63,992 nt of DNA from an uncultured Thermoanaerobaculia bacterium. Its GTDB lineage: Bacteria > Acidobacteriota > Thermoanaerobaculia > Thermoanaerobaculales > Sulfomarinibacteraceae. The notes under the pieces were generated by a model. It worked only from the letters and a program-made list of their open reading frames with translations, did no database searches and was not told where the DNA came from. Location: assembly GCA_964641295.1 (NCBI GenBank), contig CAZXNA010000003.1, positions 1 through 63,992 on the forward strand, read 5' to 3'. This document shows positions 26,997-35,938 of this stretch, piece by piece; position 1 is the first letter of the stretch; each line of letters opens with the position of its first letter. The position numbers and the translations under genes are program-made.

Positions 26997-29027
26997 ATGA
27001 GGGAGAAACTCCTTTTCTTTCAGGGACCTCGGAACAACAATGTCCAATGTCGCCGGTGGATCTCGGGCGTGGTCTTCCTGCTGGCGGCCGTCGCAGCGCC
27101 GTCGGCCCGAGGGCAGGTGCTGCACACGGAGACCTTGCCCGGCGGTACGGAGCTCGTCCTGGTCGCACAGGCCGAGGCCACCGCCACCGCCGTTGCCTGG
27201 CCCGAGAGGGTTCCGGATCAACGGATCACCATCCGCAGCGTCGCCAGCGGAGAGCTGACCCTGGCGTCCGATCTGGCGTCGGCCTTCGAAGGGGCCGAGC
27301 ATGCGCCGCCGGTGGTGATCGCCGTGGGTGCAGCGGCCCGGGACGAGCTGGCCGGCGCACTGGCCGGAGCCTTTGGATCGCTGACCCCGGCCTCGTTCCG
27401 GCCAGCCCCACGGAACACCTTCTCCGACGAGGGCGGGACCGAACGGCGTCTCGGTGCGCCGGGATCGGAAGCCATCCTCCGTTTGAACCTGCCCCTCCCG
27501 CCCCTCGAGGACGGCCGCCGGACGGCCGTCGAGCTGCTCCTGAACATGGCGCCCCAGCTCCTGGCGAGGGATTTCCCCGGTCTCCGGGAAGGTGGCACTC
27601 CGGACCTGGTGATCCTGGAGGTCCACGTGGACCCCGCCGGGGCGGATCTCTACCTGAACCGTCTCCGCCGTCGCCTGGCGCAACTGGGTGACGACCCGGG
27701 ACTGGACGCCGGGGCCGTCGACCGTGCCCGGCGGCATCTCGAGGTGACGCGCCGAGCCGGGCTGGAGGAGCTCCCAACTGGTGCGGAGCACCTCGTGAAG
27801 ATCTGGCTCGCCGGCGGAGACGAGGCCATCCGGCAGTACCTCTTCGGCGCCAGTGGAGCCGGCCTCAAGGGCGTGCGGGAGGCGGCTCGTACGTGGCTTG
27901 CCAGGCACCCGGGACGGGCCACGATCCTTCTGCCCCCCCAGTCCCTCAACCCCCGGTTCGCCGGGGGGCCCGAGCTGGAGCTTCTCGAGAACGGGATCTC
28001 GGTGGCCCTGCTGGAGCGGCCGGCCACACCACTCTCCGTTCTTTGCCTCCGTCCCGTCATGAGTCCGGATCTGGCCGGCGACCGTACGGGCACCGTGCTG
28101 GCCCGCCTCGCTGGCCTGCTGCGCCAGTCGGAAAACGCGCCGGCCTGGATCCGCGTGACGACCGATCCGCCGAGCCTCGTGGTGGCCAACGACCCCGACG
28201 GGTTTCCCGAGGCACTGGAGGCCGTGACGGCCGGGCTCAAAGAGTTGCGCCGCGATACGGCTCCGCTCCCCGAATACCGGGATCCCCGCCACGCCGTTCT
28301 CGAGCTGACGGCGTCCTTGCTGGGGATCCGTGATACGGCCCTGACGCCGGCCACGCTTCTGATCCCTGGCAACCTGGCCCTGGGTGCGGTCGTTCCCGAT
28401 GTGGAGCGTGCCAAGGAGGCCCTGCACAAGCTCCTGGACGTCTTTACGGCGCCCTCCAGCGCGACGGCCGTCAGCCTGGAGGGGGCGCCCCGGTACGCCC
28501 TGGCGCTGCCCGGCTCACGGAGCGCCCTGGTACTGCTTCTCGAGGTGGGGCAGTCCACGGACGATGTCGATCTCCAGCTGGCGGCAGCTCTCCTCCGATC
28601 GCGGCTCGAAGCACACTTCGGTGCGGGGGCGAGCTCCGTACTTCGCCCGGACGTGCCGGGCCGGACCCTGTTGGTCGTTGTCATCGAGGGTGAGGGGACG
28701 GTCGATGCGCTGGAGGCGCGCGTCAAGGAGGCGTGGCCGCGGCTGGTGGCGTCGCCCACCGAAGAGGAGCTGGTGCCCCTGCGCCACCGGGTGGCCTCGG
28801 CCCTGGCGACCCGGGCCAGCGGCACCGTGGGGGCCGCCCTGCGCTGCGCGCGCCTGGCGGCGGCCGGTGGCGGCTGGCACCGGCCCGGCGAGCTGGAGCG
28901 AATGGCGCTTGCCGCTGAACCGGCGGCCGTCGGGGCGGTGTTTGAGCCGCTGCTGGACTGGGGAGGGCTCGAGCGCGCCGTGGCGGGCCCCCTGCCCGTG
29001 GATGCCCTGACGCTGCCGAAGAAGTGA
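26997..29027 (+). CDS. Secreted M16 (pitrilysin)-like two-lobed protein lacking the HxxEH zinc motif
   Basis: Internal ATG 26997. Signal-like [31 protein letters not shown] entry strand is typical of the M16 N-lobe. No HxxEH anywhere in the translation. Confidence 0.4.
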   Translation: MREKLLFFQGPRNNNVQCRRWISGVVFLLAAVAAPSARGQVLHTETLPGGTELVLVAQAEATATAVAWPERVPDQRITIRSVASGELTLASDLASAFEGAEHAPPVVIAVGAAARDELAGALAGAFGSLTPASFRPAPRNTFSDEGGTERRLGAPGSEAILRLNLPLPPLEDGRRTAVELLLNMAPQLLARDFPGLREGGTPDLVILEVHVDPAGADLYLNRLRRRLAQLGDDPGLDAGAVDRARRHLEVTRRAGLEELPTGAEHLVKIWLAGGDEAIRQYLFGASGAGLKGVREAARTWLARHPGRATILLPPQSLNPRFAGGPELELLENGISVALLERPATPLSVLCLRPVMSPDLAGDRTGTVLARLAGLLRQSENAPAWIRVTTDPPSLVVANDPDGFPEALEAVTAGLKELRRDTAPLPEYRDPRHAVLELTASLLGIRDTALTPATLLIPGNLALGAVVPDVERAKEALHKLLDVFTAPSSATAVSLEGAPRYALALPGSRSALVLLLEVGQSTDDVDLQLAAALLRSRLEAHFGAGASSVLRPDVPGRTLLVVVIEGEGTVDALEARVKEAWPRLVASPTEEELVPLRHRVASALATRASGTVGAALRCARLAAAGGGWHRPGELERMALAAEPAAVGAVFEPLLDWGGLERAVAGPLPVDALTLPKK

Positions 29028-29131
29028 AGCGGACGGGAGGCTCCGGGGGCGTCCACTGGAAAGCTGGTGGCGATGCGGGTAGAGTTCCCCCATCCGGCGG
29101 GGTTGCATCCCACCGGCAAGAAGGAGGCGCC

Positions 29132-30367
29132 GTGGAGTTTGGAAGCATCGATGAGCAACTGGCCTATCTGACAAAAGGGTGTGTGGATGTCATCCGTCCC
29201 CAGGACCTCAAGACGAAGCTGGAACGCTCGGCCACCACTGGCGAGCCCCTGACGGTCAAGGTCGGCTTCGACCCCTCGGCGCCCGATCTCCACCTGGGCC
29301 ATACGGTGGTCATCCGGAAGATGCGACACTTCCAGCAGCTCGGACATCGCGTCGTCTTCCTTATCGGCGACTTCACCGGGCTGATCGGCGATCCCACCGG
29401 CAAGAAGGTGACCCGCCCACAGCTGACCCCGGAGGAGATCGCCGAAAACGCCCGAACTTACGAACGGCAGATCTTCAAGCTGCTCGATCCCCAGCGGACC
29501 GTCATCGACTTCAACTCCAGATGGCTTGGCAAGCTGAGCTCCGCCGACTGGATCCGCCTGGCGGCCAAGGTGACCGTGGCGCAGATGCTGGAAAGAGATG
29601 ATTTCCGGAAGCGTTACGAGGCCCAACAGCCCATCGCCCTCCACGAGTTCCTCTACCCGCTGGCCCAGGGTTACGATTCGGTGGCCCTCAAGTGCGACGT
29701 GGAGCTCGGCGGCACGGATCAGCTCTTCAACCTCCTGGTGGGGCGGCACCTCATGCGGGAGAGCGGTCTGGAGTCCCAGGTGGTCCTGACCGTTCCCCTG
29801 CTCGAAGGCCTGGACGGCGTGGAGAAGATGTCCAAGTCCCTGGGCAACTACGTGGCCGTGGAAGACCCCCCCTTCGAGATGTTCGGCAAGTTGATGTCCA
29901 TCTCTGACGAGCTCATGTGGAAGTACTGGCTCCTGCTGACGGACCGGACGCAAGCCGAGATCAAGGAGCTCAAGGGTCAGGTGGAGGGCGGGAAGCGCCA
30001 CCCCATGGAGGTCAAGAAGGAGCTGGCGGCCACCATCGTCGAGGAGCTGCACGGACCGGATGAAGCCAAGGCCGCCGCCCAGGAGTTCGAAAAGGTCTTC
30101 TCCAGACGGCAGCGGCCAACGGAGGTCCCCGAGGTCGAGCTGCCCTCACCCGGGGAAAAGGTTCTCGTCTCCCGTGTGCTGACCATGGCGGGCCTGGCGG
30201 CCTCCAACTCAGAGGCGCGGCGCCTGATTCAGCAGGGCGGCGTCCGGATCGACGAGGCCCGGGTCTCCGACATCAAGGCCGAGATCCAGGCCTCCCCGGG
30301 ACGGGACTACATGATCCGGGCGGGCAAGCGTCGCTTCGCCCGCGTGCGCTTCATCGGGGAAGGTTGA
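29132..30367 (+). CDS. tyrS: Tyrosine--tRNA ligase
   Basis: GTG 29132 (AGGAGG SD). HIGH-type HLGH, KMSKS, C-terminal S4-like domain. Confidence 0.9.
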   Translation: MEFGSIDEQLAYLTKGCVDVIRPQDLKTKLERSATTGEPLTVKVGFDPSAPDLHLGHTVVIRKMRHFQQLGHRVVFLIGDFTGLIGDPTGKKVTRPQLTPEEIAENARTYERQIFKLLDPQRTVIDFNSRWLGKLSSADWIRLAAKVTVAQMLERDDFRKRYEAQQPIALHEFLYPLAQGYDSVALKCDVELGGTDQLFNLLVGRHLMRESGLESQVVLTVPLLEGLDGVEKMSKSLGNYVAVEDPPFEMFGKLMSISDELMWKYWLLLTDRTQAEIKELKGQVEGGKRHPMEVKKELAATIVEELHGPDEAKAAAQEFEKVFSRRQRPTEVPEVELPSPGEKVLVSRVLTMAGLAASNSEARRLIQQGGVRIDEARVSDIKAEIQASPGRDYMIRAGKRRFARVRFIGEG

Positions 30368-30391
30368 TCTCCGAACGACGCCGGAGTCGCA

Positions 30392-30859
30392 TCAGCCGAG
30401 GAAGGAGCTCTCCTGCTCGAGCTTCTGGCAGTCGGAGCACAGTCCCTGGATCTGGATGGAGTAGAACGAAGGCCTGAAACCGTGCTCGGCACAGATCTGG
30501 CGTTGCCGCTCGTCCATGGCCGGATCCCAGAACTCGATGATCTTGCCGCAGTGGGTGCAGACCATGTGGTCGTGCCGTTTGCCCGGCTGGACCTTCTCGT
30601 AGAAGTAGTGCTCGTGCCCAAGACGGCTCTTCCGGACGAGGCCGCACTGGACGAGGAGGTCGAGGGTCCGGTAAACCGTCGCCCGGGACACCTTGCGGTG
30701 TTTGGCCTTCATCTTGGCCAGCAACTCTTCGGCGTCCAGATGCTCGTTGGTGGAGAAGATCTCGTCCAATAGGGCGAGCCGCTCCTGCGTCACCTTGAGA
30801 TTGTTTTCCCGAAGGTATTGGATGAAAAGCTTCTGTGCCCTTTGCGAGAGTGTACCCAT
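30392..30859 (-). CDS. fur: Fur-family metalloregulator
   Basis: VTQERLALL..., RATVYRTLDLL winged helix, HDHMVCTHCG...CSDC metal sites. Confidence 0.85.
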   Translation of the reverse strand: MGTLSQRAQKLFIQYLRENNLKVTQERLALLDEIFSTNEHLDAEELLAKMKAKHRKVSRATVYRTLDLLVQCGLVRKSRLGHEHYFYEKVQPGKRHDHMVCTHCGKIIEFWDPAMDERQRQICAEHGFRPSFYSIQIQGLCSDCQKLEQESSFLG

Positions 30860-31146
30860 GGTTCTAATCCAGTCTCATTATCAATGTTCCACCTCCACCA
30901 TAAAGATCCAGGGCCTCCCTGTCAAGTCCCAAAACGCTGAGGAATTAGTACTCTACATAACCATATGTGGATATTCAAATTGATAGAGTCCCCACTTGAC
31001 ATGGTCGATAGTTGAGAGTTACCTTTGTTGTGAATACGCTCAAGCGCGCACTGGTACATATTAGAAAACAACAGTCTGGGCCTGGTGTACCTGTGGCGCC
31101 CCGGTGGGGCGGTTCTCAACCGGAGTGTTGTATTCGGTCCTCCGCT

Positions 31147-31162
31147 TGTGATTTTTGTCACA
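31147..31162. promoter_or_regulatory. Perfect CRP-type palindrome TGTGA-N6-TCACA
   Basis: TGTGATTTTTGTCACA, 88 nt upstream of the porin GTG 31250. A weaker TGTGA-N6-TCAAG lies at 31029..31044. Confidence 0.5.
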
Positions 31163-31249
31163 GGGCTCTGTCCGGAAATCGAAACCCAAACCGTCCTTTC
31201 GCCGCAACTGCCGCGGGAGACGGTACCAGATGAGGGGGGGGAAAAGGCC

Positions 31250-33118
31250 GTGAGGATTTCCCATGGGCGAGGGGCGGTTTTCACAGGGATCTTTGTGGCT
31301 GTGGTCGGGTTCCTGGCCGTTCCGGGCCATTCGCAGACCCTGACGGGGGCCATCGGTGTGGCCTACGCGTGGCAGAGTTCGAGTGGCAACGCATCGAGTT
31401 TCCGGAGCCAGACGGACCTGAGGCCGGGCTTCATCCTCGAAGAGCTCGATCTGACGCTTCCCCGGGAGGACGGTGGGGACCGCTTTTCCCTTCGGGCGTG
31501 GGGCTTCGGCCGGTCGGAGCCCGCCGAGGGGGCGGTGCTGACGGCCGATCTCGGCAGGGCCTTTTCCCTGGACGTGCGCTACGACCGGCGGCGGTCCTTT
31601 TTCGAGCTGGCGGAGGGCGATCTCTCGGCCCGGTCGGACCGGTGGCACATCACCCGCTGGCGGGGCGCACTGGCATGGGATGGCTGGTCGTTCGCGCGGT
31701 TGACCCTGGATCTGCGCCACACGGACCGCGGGGGCACGGTGCATCGGCTCTCCTACGGCCTCAACGAGCTCTACCCGATCCGTGTGGCCCTGGACGAGAG
31801 CATGGACGAGGCCGCGATCCGGTTCGAGACCAAGACGCTGCCGGTTCACATCCGCTTCGAGCAGGCCTTCGCCACCTTCACGCGGAAGAACCGGCCGGCG
31901 CCGGACGGCTCGGTCTCCGTCGGGGGCGATCCCGATCTGCTGACCGATCTCGGGACGAGCTACGAGGACAGCCAGGACGTGCCGACCACACGCCTTGACC
32001 TCTCCTGGGCCGGGCGGAGCGTCGAGGTGGCGGCCAACATCCTGTGGAGCTCGGCGGACCTGGACTCGACGGGCTCGGGCTGGCAGGAGTACGCCATCTC
32101 CGCCGGCGAGGCCGGGACGATCCGGATGGTGGACGACATCGTCGGCACGGCGAGCATGGACACCCTGGCCGGAGGGATCGCCGTGGGCGTTCGCCTGGGC
32201 GGTCGGTGGCAGCTCAAGCTGCGGAGCGACTACCGGGACGCGTCGTCGGACTCGACCCTCATGGGGATGCGCTTGCTCAAGGTCACCAACCCGGCCGGTG
32301 GAGGCCTGGAGCTCTCGGCGCCCATGGACGACTCGGGCCGCTACGACTTTACGGATTTCGGCGGCGAGGCGACGGTGGAGTACCGGGCGGACCGTTTCGC
32401 CGTGTGGGGTGGTGGGCTGGTCGGGAGCCGGGAGGTCAGCTGGAGGCGTTTCGACGGCGATCCCGGGGAGGACGTCACACGGGACACCTCGGGCATCCTG
32501 GTGGGCGGGTCCTTGCACCTGGCCTCGAAGCTCCGCGGGAGCGTGGAGTACCGCCACGGCTCCTTCGAGAAGTACGTCTTCAGGACGGATCCGGAGACGG
32601 TGGACGCCGTCAGCCTGCGACTCTCGGCCGATCTGGGAGCGGGGTTCAGCCTTGTGGCCAACGGGAGCTTCGAGAGCGCCGACAACCCCGCTTCGGAGTC
32701 TTCCCTGGACGTCAGCTCGGGAGCGGGGGGCCTTGGACTCGCCTGGGCCTCGGCCGACGGCAAGGCCTCGGCGGGGGTTTCGGCGAGCCTGGTGGACCTG
32801 ACGACCGAGACCTCCCTTGTGCTACCCGGCGGGACCGAGGGGCAGTCGCGCTACGACCTCAACCTGACGACCCTGGGCGTCTACGGTGCCATGGACTGGG
32901 GAGTCGTTCTCCTGAGGGGTTCGGTGACGTGGATGGAGGACACGGGGGACAGCTGGCCGGTCACTGCGTGGAACGGGGCGGTGCGCCTTGGTTACCGCGT
33001 GATGGAAAGGCTGGAGCTGGCGGCCTTCGTCCGGTACTGGTCCTACGACGAAGGGCTCTCCGAGCTCGATGATTTCGATCTAACGCGCTACGGCCTGGCC
33101 GTGAGATGGAGCTTCTGA
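31250..33118 (+). CDS. Outer-membrane beta-barrel protein, MtrB/PioB-like porin candidate
   Basis: GTG 31250. Signal peptide VRISHGRGAVFTGIFVAVVGFLAVPGHSQ. Alternating strand pattern throughout. C-terminal YGLAVRWSF. Its stop overlaps the decahaem gene start. Confidence 0.6.
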   Translation: MRISHGRGAVFTGIFVAVVGFLAVPGHSQTLTGAIGVAYAWQSSSGNASSFRSQTDLRPGFILEELDLTLPREDGGDRFSLRAWGFGRSEPAEGAVLTADLGRAFSLDVRYDRRRSFFELAEGDLSARSDRWHITRWRGALAWDGWSFARLTLDLRHTDRGGTVHRLSYGLNELYPIRVALDESMDEAAIRFETKTLPVHIRFEQAFATFTRKNRPAPDGSVSVGGDPDLLTDLGTSYEDSQDVPTTRLDLSWAGRSVEVAANILWSSADLDSTGSGWQEYAISAGEAGTIRMVDDIVGTASMDTLAGGIAVGVRLGGRWQLKLRSDYRDASSDSTLMGMRLLKVTNPAGGGLELSAPMDDSGRYDFTDFGGEATVEYRADRFAVWGGGLVGSREVSWRRFDGDPGEDVTRDTSGILVGGSLHLASKLRGSVEYRHGSFEKYVFRTDPETVDAVSLRLSADLGAGFSLVANGSFESADNPASESSLDVSSGAGGLGLAWASADGKASAGVSASLVDLTTETSLVLPGGTEGQSRYDLNLTTLGVYGAMDWGVVLLRGSVTWMEDTGDSWPVTAWNGAVRLGYRVMERLELAAFVRYWSYDEGLSELDDFDLTRYGLAVRWSF

Positions 33119-33972
33119 TGCGGAGCACACTGTGGACCCTGTTGTTGGCCGGGGCGGTGGCCGCCGCCGTGCCGGGGATGGCCCAGGACACGGGTGGTGG
33201 GGAGCCCGTGACCCTGAAGACCTGTGCCACGTGCCACGACGACGTGGCTGCGGCCTTTGCGGCCGGACCCCATGGGCGCGCCATGGCCAAGGTCTCTTCC
33301 AAGCTCCTGGAGCGCTCGTGCGTCGGCTGCCATGGGCCGGCTGCGGCCCACGTGGACGATCCCTCGCCGGAGAACATCAACGCTCACCCGGGATCGCAGG
33401 CCTGCGCCATGTGCCATGGGGACCGTGCCGGGGGCGTGGAGCTCAACATGCCGGCCCATCCGAGAAACGACGTCCAGTGCCTGGACTGCCACACCCCGGG
33501 GCACAGCGACTCCGGAACCGAGCACATGCTCCTCAAGCCCGTGAGGCAGCTCTGCGCCGGCTGCCACCAGCTGGAAGCGGCGCGGTTCCAGTGGCCCTAC
33601 GCCCACCGGAAGGGAGCCCAGGAGCCCTTCGAATGCACTGCGTGCCACGATCCCCACGGGGAGAACCGGAGCGGCCGGCTGACCCTGCTGGGCAACGGTG
33701 GTGTCTGCATCGAGTGCCACACGGAAAAGGCGGGGCCCTTTGTCTACCCACACCCGCCGCGGGAGGTCGACGGTTGCGTCACCTGCCACGAGCCTCACGG
33801 CTCCATGAACGCGCGACAGCTCAAGCGGTCGAGCATCACCAACCTCTGTCTCGAATGTCACGCCGACGTCCCGGTGTTTCATGACCTTTCGCAGGCGCGC
33901 TACCGGGCGTGCCAGAACTGTCACGTCGCGGTTCACGGCTCCAACCGTGATCCGCGCCTGCTGGCGGAGTGA
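33106..33972 (+). CDS. Periplasmic decahaem c-type cytochrome, MtrA/DmsE/PioA-like
   Basis: Ten CxxCH motifs in 288 aa (CATCH, CVGCH, CAMCH, CLDCH, CAGCH, CTACH, CIECH, CVTCH, CLECH, CQNCH). GPFVYPHPP and CQNCHVAVHGSN are DmsE-family-like. ATG 33118 is the alternative start. Confidence 0.8.
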   Translation: MELLMRSTLWTLLLAGAVAAAVPGMAQDTGGGEPVTLKTCATCHDDVAAAFAAGPHGRAMAKVSSKLLERSCVGCHGPAAAHVDDPSPENINAHPGSQACAMCHGDRAGGVELNMPAHPRNDVQCLDCHTPGHSDSGTEHMLLKPVRQLCAGCHQLEAARFQWPYAHRKGAQEPFECTACHDPHGENRSGRLTLLGNGGVCIECHTEKAGPFVYPHPPREVDGCVTCHEPHGSMNARQLKRSSITNLCLECHADVPVFHDLSQARYRACQNCHVAVHGSNRDPRLLAE

Positions 33973-34021
33973 GCCCATGAGCGGGCGAACAACCCCCCGA
34001 AACGGGGAGAAGGAGGTGCGT

Positions 34022-35836
34022 ATGAAACGAGGAACGAGTGTCATGGCAGTGGCGGTCCTGGTGGTCGCCGTGGCCGCGACCGCCGGGGCCCAGCACATGA
34101 GGGCGAGCCATGGAACGCGGGCAACGCCGGCCGACCCGATCAGCTTCACCCAGGGCGTCCAGAAGCTCCAGACCCTGTACAGCGCCCAGGAGCTGGCAGA
34201 GGGGACCTACGTCGGGTCGGAGTTCTGCATCGCCTGCCACCAGGACAAGGCGGGATTCCGGTACACCCTGCACCGCATGAAGATCCGCGTTCCCAGGCCC
34301 GACACGGTGGTCAACGATTACAACCAGAACGGCATCAACGATTTTGACGAGGGACTGGATTTCAACCAGATCTCCTCGGACTTCGACGTCTACAAGCCCA
34401 ATGCCCCCAAGCTCTCCCACGAGGGCGACACCTACTACATCACCATCGGCGACCTCAAGATGCCCCTGGTGGCGGCTCAGGGCGGCGTCGGCTGGAAGCA
34501 GCGCTATGTGGTGCGCGTTCCGGTCACCGGTACCCCCGACGGCCTGACGGCCGGCAACTATATCTCGCCCATCCAGTACAACCTCAAGACCCACGGCTAC
34601 GTGGTGTACCACGGCTCCGACTGGTACGACGCCAACAACCAGCCCAAGTTCCACACCGGCGTCAGTGCGGCCGACTTCGCGGCCAACAACACGCGCTCCT
34701 ACTCCAAGGGGTGCATCGGCTGCCACTCCACCGGCGTCAAGTCCATCGTGCAGGACGCCAACGGCGAGTGGCAGGCGGACCTGTGGCCGGCGGCCCTTTA
34801 CCAGCCGGACGATCCCACCTACTGGGACTTCGACCATGACGGCAACAAGGACCTGACCAACGTCGGCTGCGAGAGCTGTCACGGTCCCGGCTCGGCGCAC
34901 GTCCTCGGCGGGGGAGATCCTTCCAAGATCGTCAACCCCGCCGATCTGGACACCGAGGAGGCAAACCAGGTCTGCGGCCAGTGCCACCTCCGGCCCAAAT
35001 CGGTGCCGAGCGGCCTCTTCGGCTTCCCCTACAACGAGACCGAGCAGCGGCAGTGGATTCCGGGATCGGGCGAGGACCTCAACGACTTCGGAACCGACGC
35101 CGCGGGCCGCTGGCCGGACGGCGTCCACTCCAAGCAGCACCACCAGCAGTGGCTGGACTTCAACGAGTCCAGCAAGCCGACCTTCCCATTCCACCCGGTT
35201 CGCTGCTCCGAGTGCCACGAGCCGCACCGCAACACGGCCAACGAGCACCAGATCGTGGAGTCCATCGAGGACGACGGCGTGGTCATCCCGACGGCCAACG
35301 ACAACAACACCCTCTGCCTGGCGTGCCACGCCACCCACGGCGATTTCGAGGACATCACACCGGAGATGGTGGCCAACTACGAGGAGAACATCGGCGTCAT
35401 CGGCGCCACCGTGGCCGCCCACACCCACCACCCCTACGCGCCCGATCGGGCGCTCGGCCTGTCGCGCTGCTCCAAGTGCCACATGCCGACGGTGGCCAAG
35501 TCGGCCATCAGCTTCGACATCCACTCGCACACCTTCGAGGCCATCCCACCCGAGAAGACGCTCATGTACCAGGACCAGGGCGGGATGCCCAACTCCTGCG
35601 CCGTCAGCTGTCACTCCCAGAAGGTCAACCTCTGGGAGTTCGGGATCTCGGACGATATCGCCGTCTGGAACAGCGACTTCGAGGTCATGAACGCCAACGA
35701 GCTGATGGAGTACTTTGGCCCAGGCGGCCTGTGGTGGGACACCGACCAGGCGCAGTCCATGACGGCCAGGGTGATGCGGAACGCCGCACCTCCAGGTGAG
35801 ATCATCGTCGATCCCAACGAGGAACCGGAGGACTGA
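34022..35836 (+). CDS. Secreted multihaem c-type cytochrome (7 CxxCH + 1 CxxxCH)
   Basis: Internal ATG 34022 (GGAGAAGGAGG SD). Signal peptide without a lipobox. CIACH, CIGCH, CESCH, CGQCH, CSECH, CLACH, CSKCH plus CAVSCH. Confidence 0.8.
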   Translation: MKRGTSVMAVAVLVVAVAATAGAQHMRASHGTRATPADPISFTQGVQKLQTLYSAQELAEGTYVGSEFCIACHQDKAGFRYTLHRMKIRVPRPDTVVNDYNQNGINDFDEGLDFNQISSDFDVYKPNAPKLSHEGDTYYITIGDLKMPLVAAQGGVGWKQRYVVRVPVTGTPDGLTAGNYISPIQYNLKTHGYVVYHGSDWYDANNQPKFHTGVSAADFAANNTRSYSKGCIGCHSTGVKSIVQDANGEWQADLWPAALYQPDDPTYWDFDHDGNKDLTNVGCESCHGPGSAHVLGGGDPSKIVNPADLDTEEANQVCGQCHLRPKSVPSGLFGFPYNETEQRQWIPGSGEDLNDFGTDAAGRWPDGVHSKQHHQQWLDFNESSKPTFPFHPVRCSECHEPHRNTANEHQIVESIEDDGVVIPTANDNNTLCLACHATHGDFEDITPEMVANYEENIGVIGATVAAHTHHPYAPDRALGLSRCSKCHMPTVAKSAISFDIHSHTFEAIPPEKTLMYQDQGGMPNSCAVSCHSQKVNLWEFGISDDIAVWNSDFEVMNANELMEYFGPGGLWWDTDQAQSMTARVMRNAAPPGEIIVDPNEEPED

Positions 35837-35866
35837 CACCCGGCGCCTGAACGACAACCTTCAACG

Positions 35867-35896
35867 CGGGGAGGGCACGCGCCCTCCCCGTTTTCT
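35867..35896 (+). terminator. Rho-independent terminator after the cytochrome operon
   Basis: CGGGGAGGGC-ACGC-GCCCTCCCCG, 10-bp perfect stem, followed by TTTTCT. Confidence 0.8.
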
Positions 35897-35938
35897 CGGT
35901 GCTATTGTTGAGGTGAAACGACCAGAGGAGAATGTTCT

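Noticed and set aside
25383-28427. Very long ORFs in the track. Examples: 25383..28427 (1014 aa), 27650..30052 (800 aa), 33836..35857 (673 aa), 3929..5371, 59354..60988, 60742..62253, and the first 389 codons of 332..3454.
   Set aside because: They are Arg/Pro/Gly/Ala-rich, motif-free translations lying antisense or out of frame to genes with clear family signatures. These are typical shadow ORFs of high-GC DNA. Only the recognisable sub-portions (for example the peroxiredoxin at 25383..25973 and the PpiD-like gene from 1499) were kept.
30867-30885. Fur box in front of fur.
   Set aside because: Only the ATTATC half-site matches well, about 10 of 19 positions overall. It is kept as a comment in a finding, not as a feature.
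31083-31097. GG-N10-GC element (TGGTGTACCTGTGGC) upstream of the porin gene.
   Set aside because: Only the GG and GC dinucleotides fit. The flanking consensus positions are mostly mismatched.
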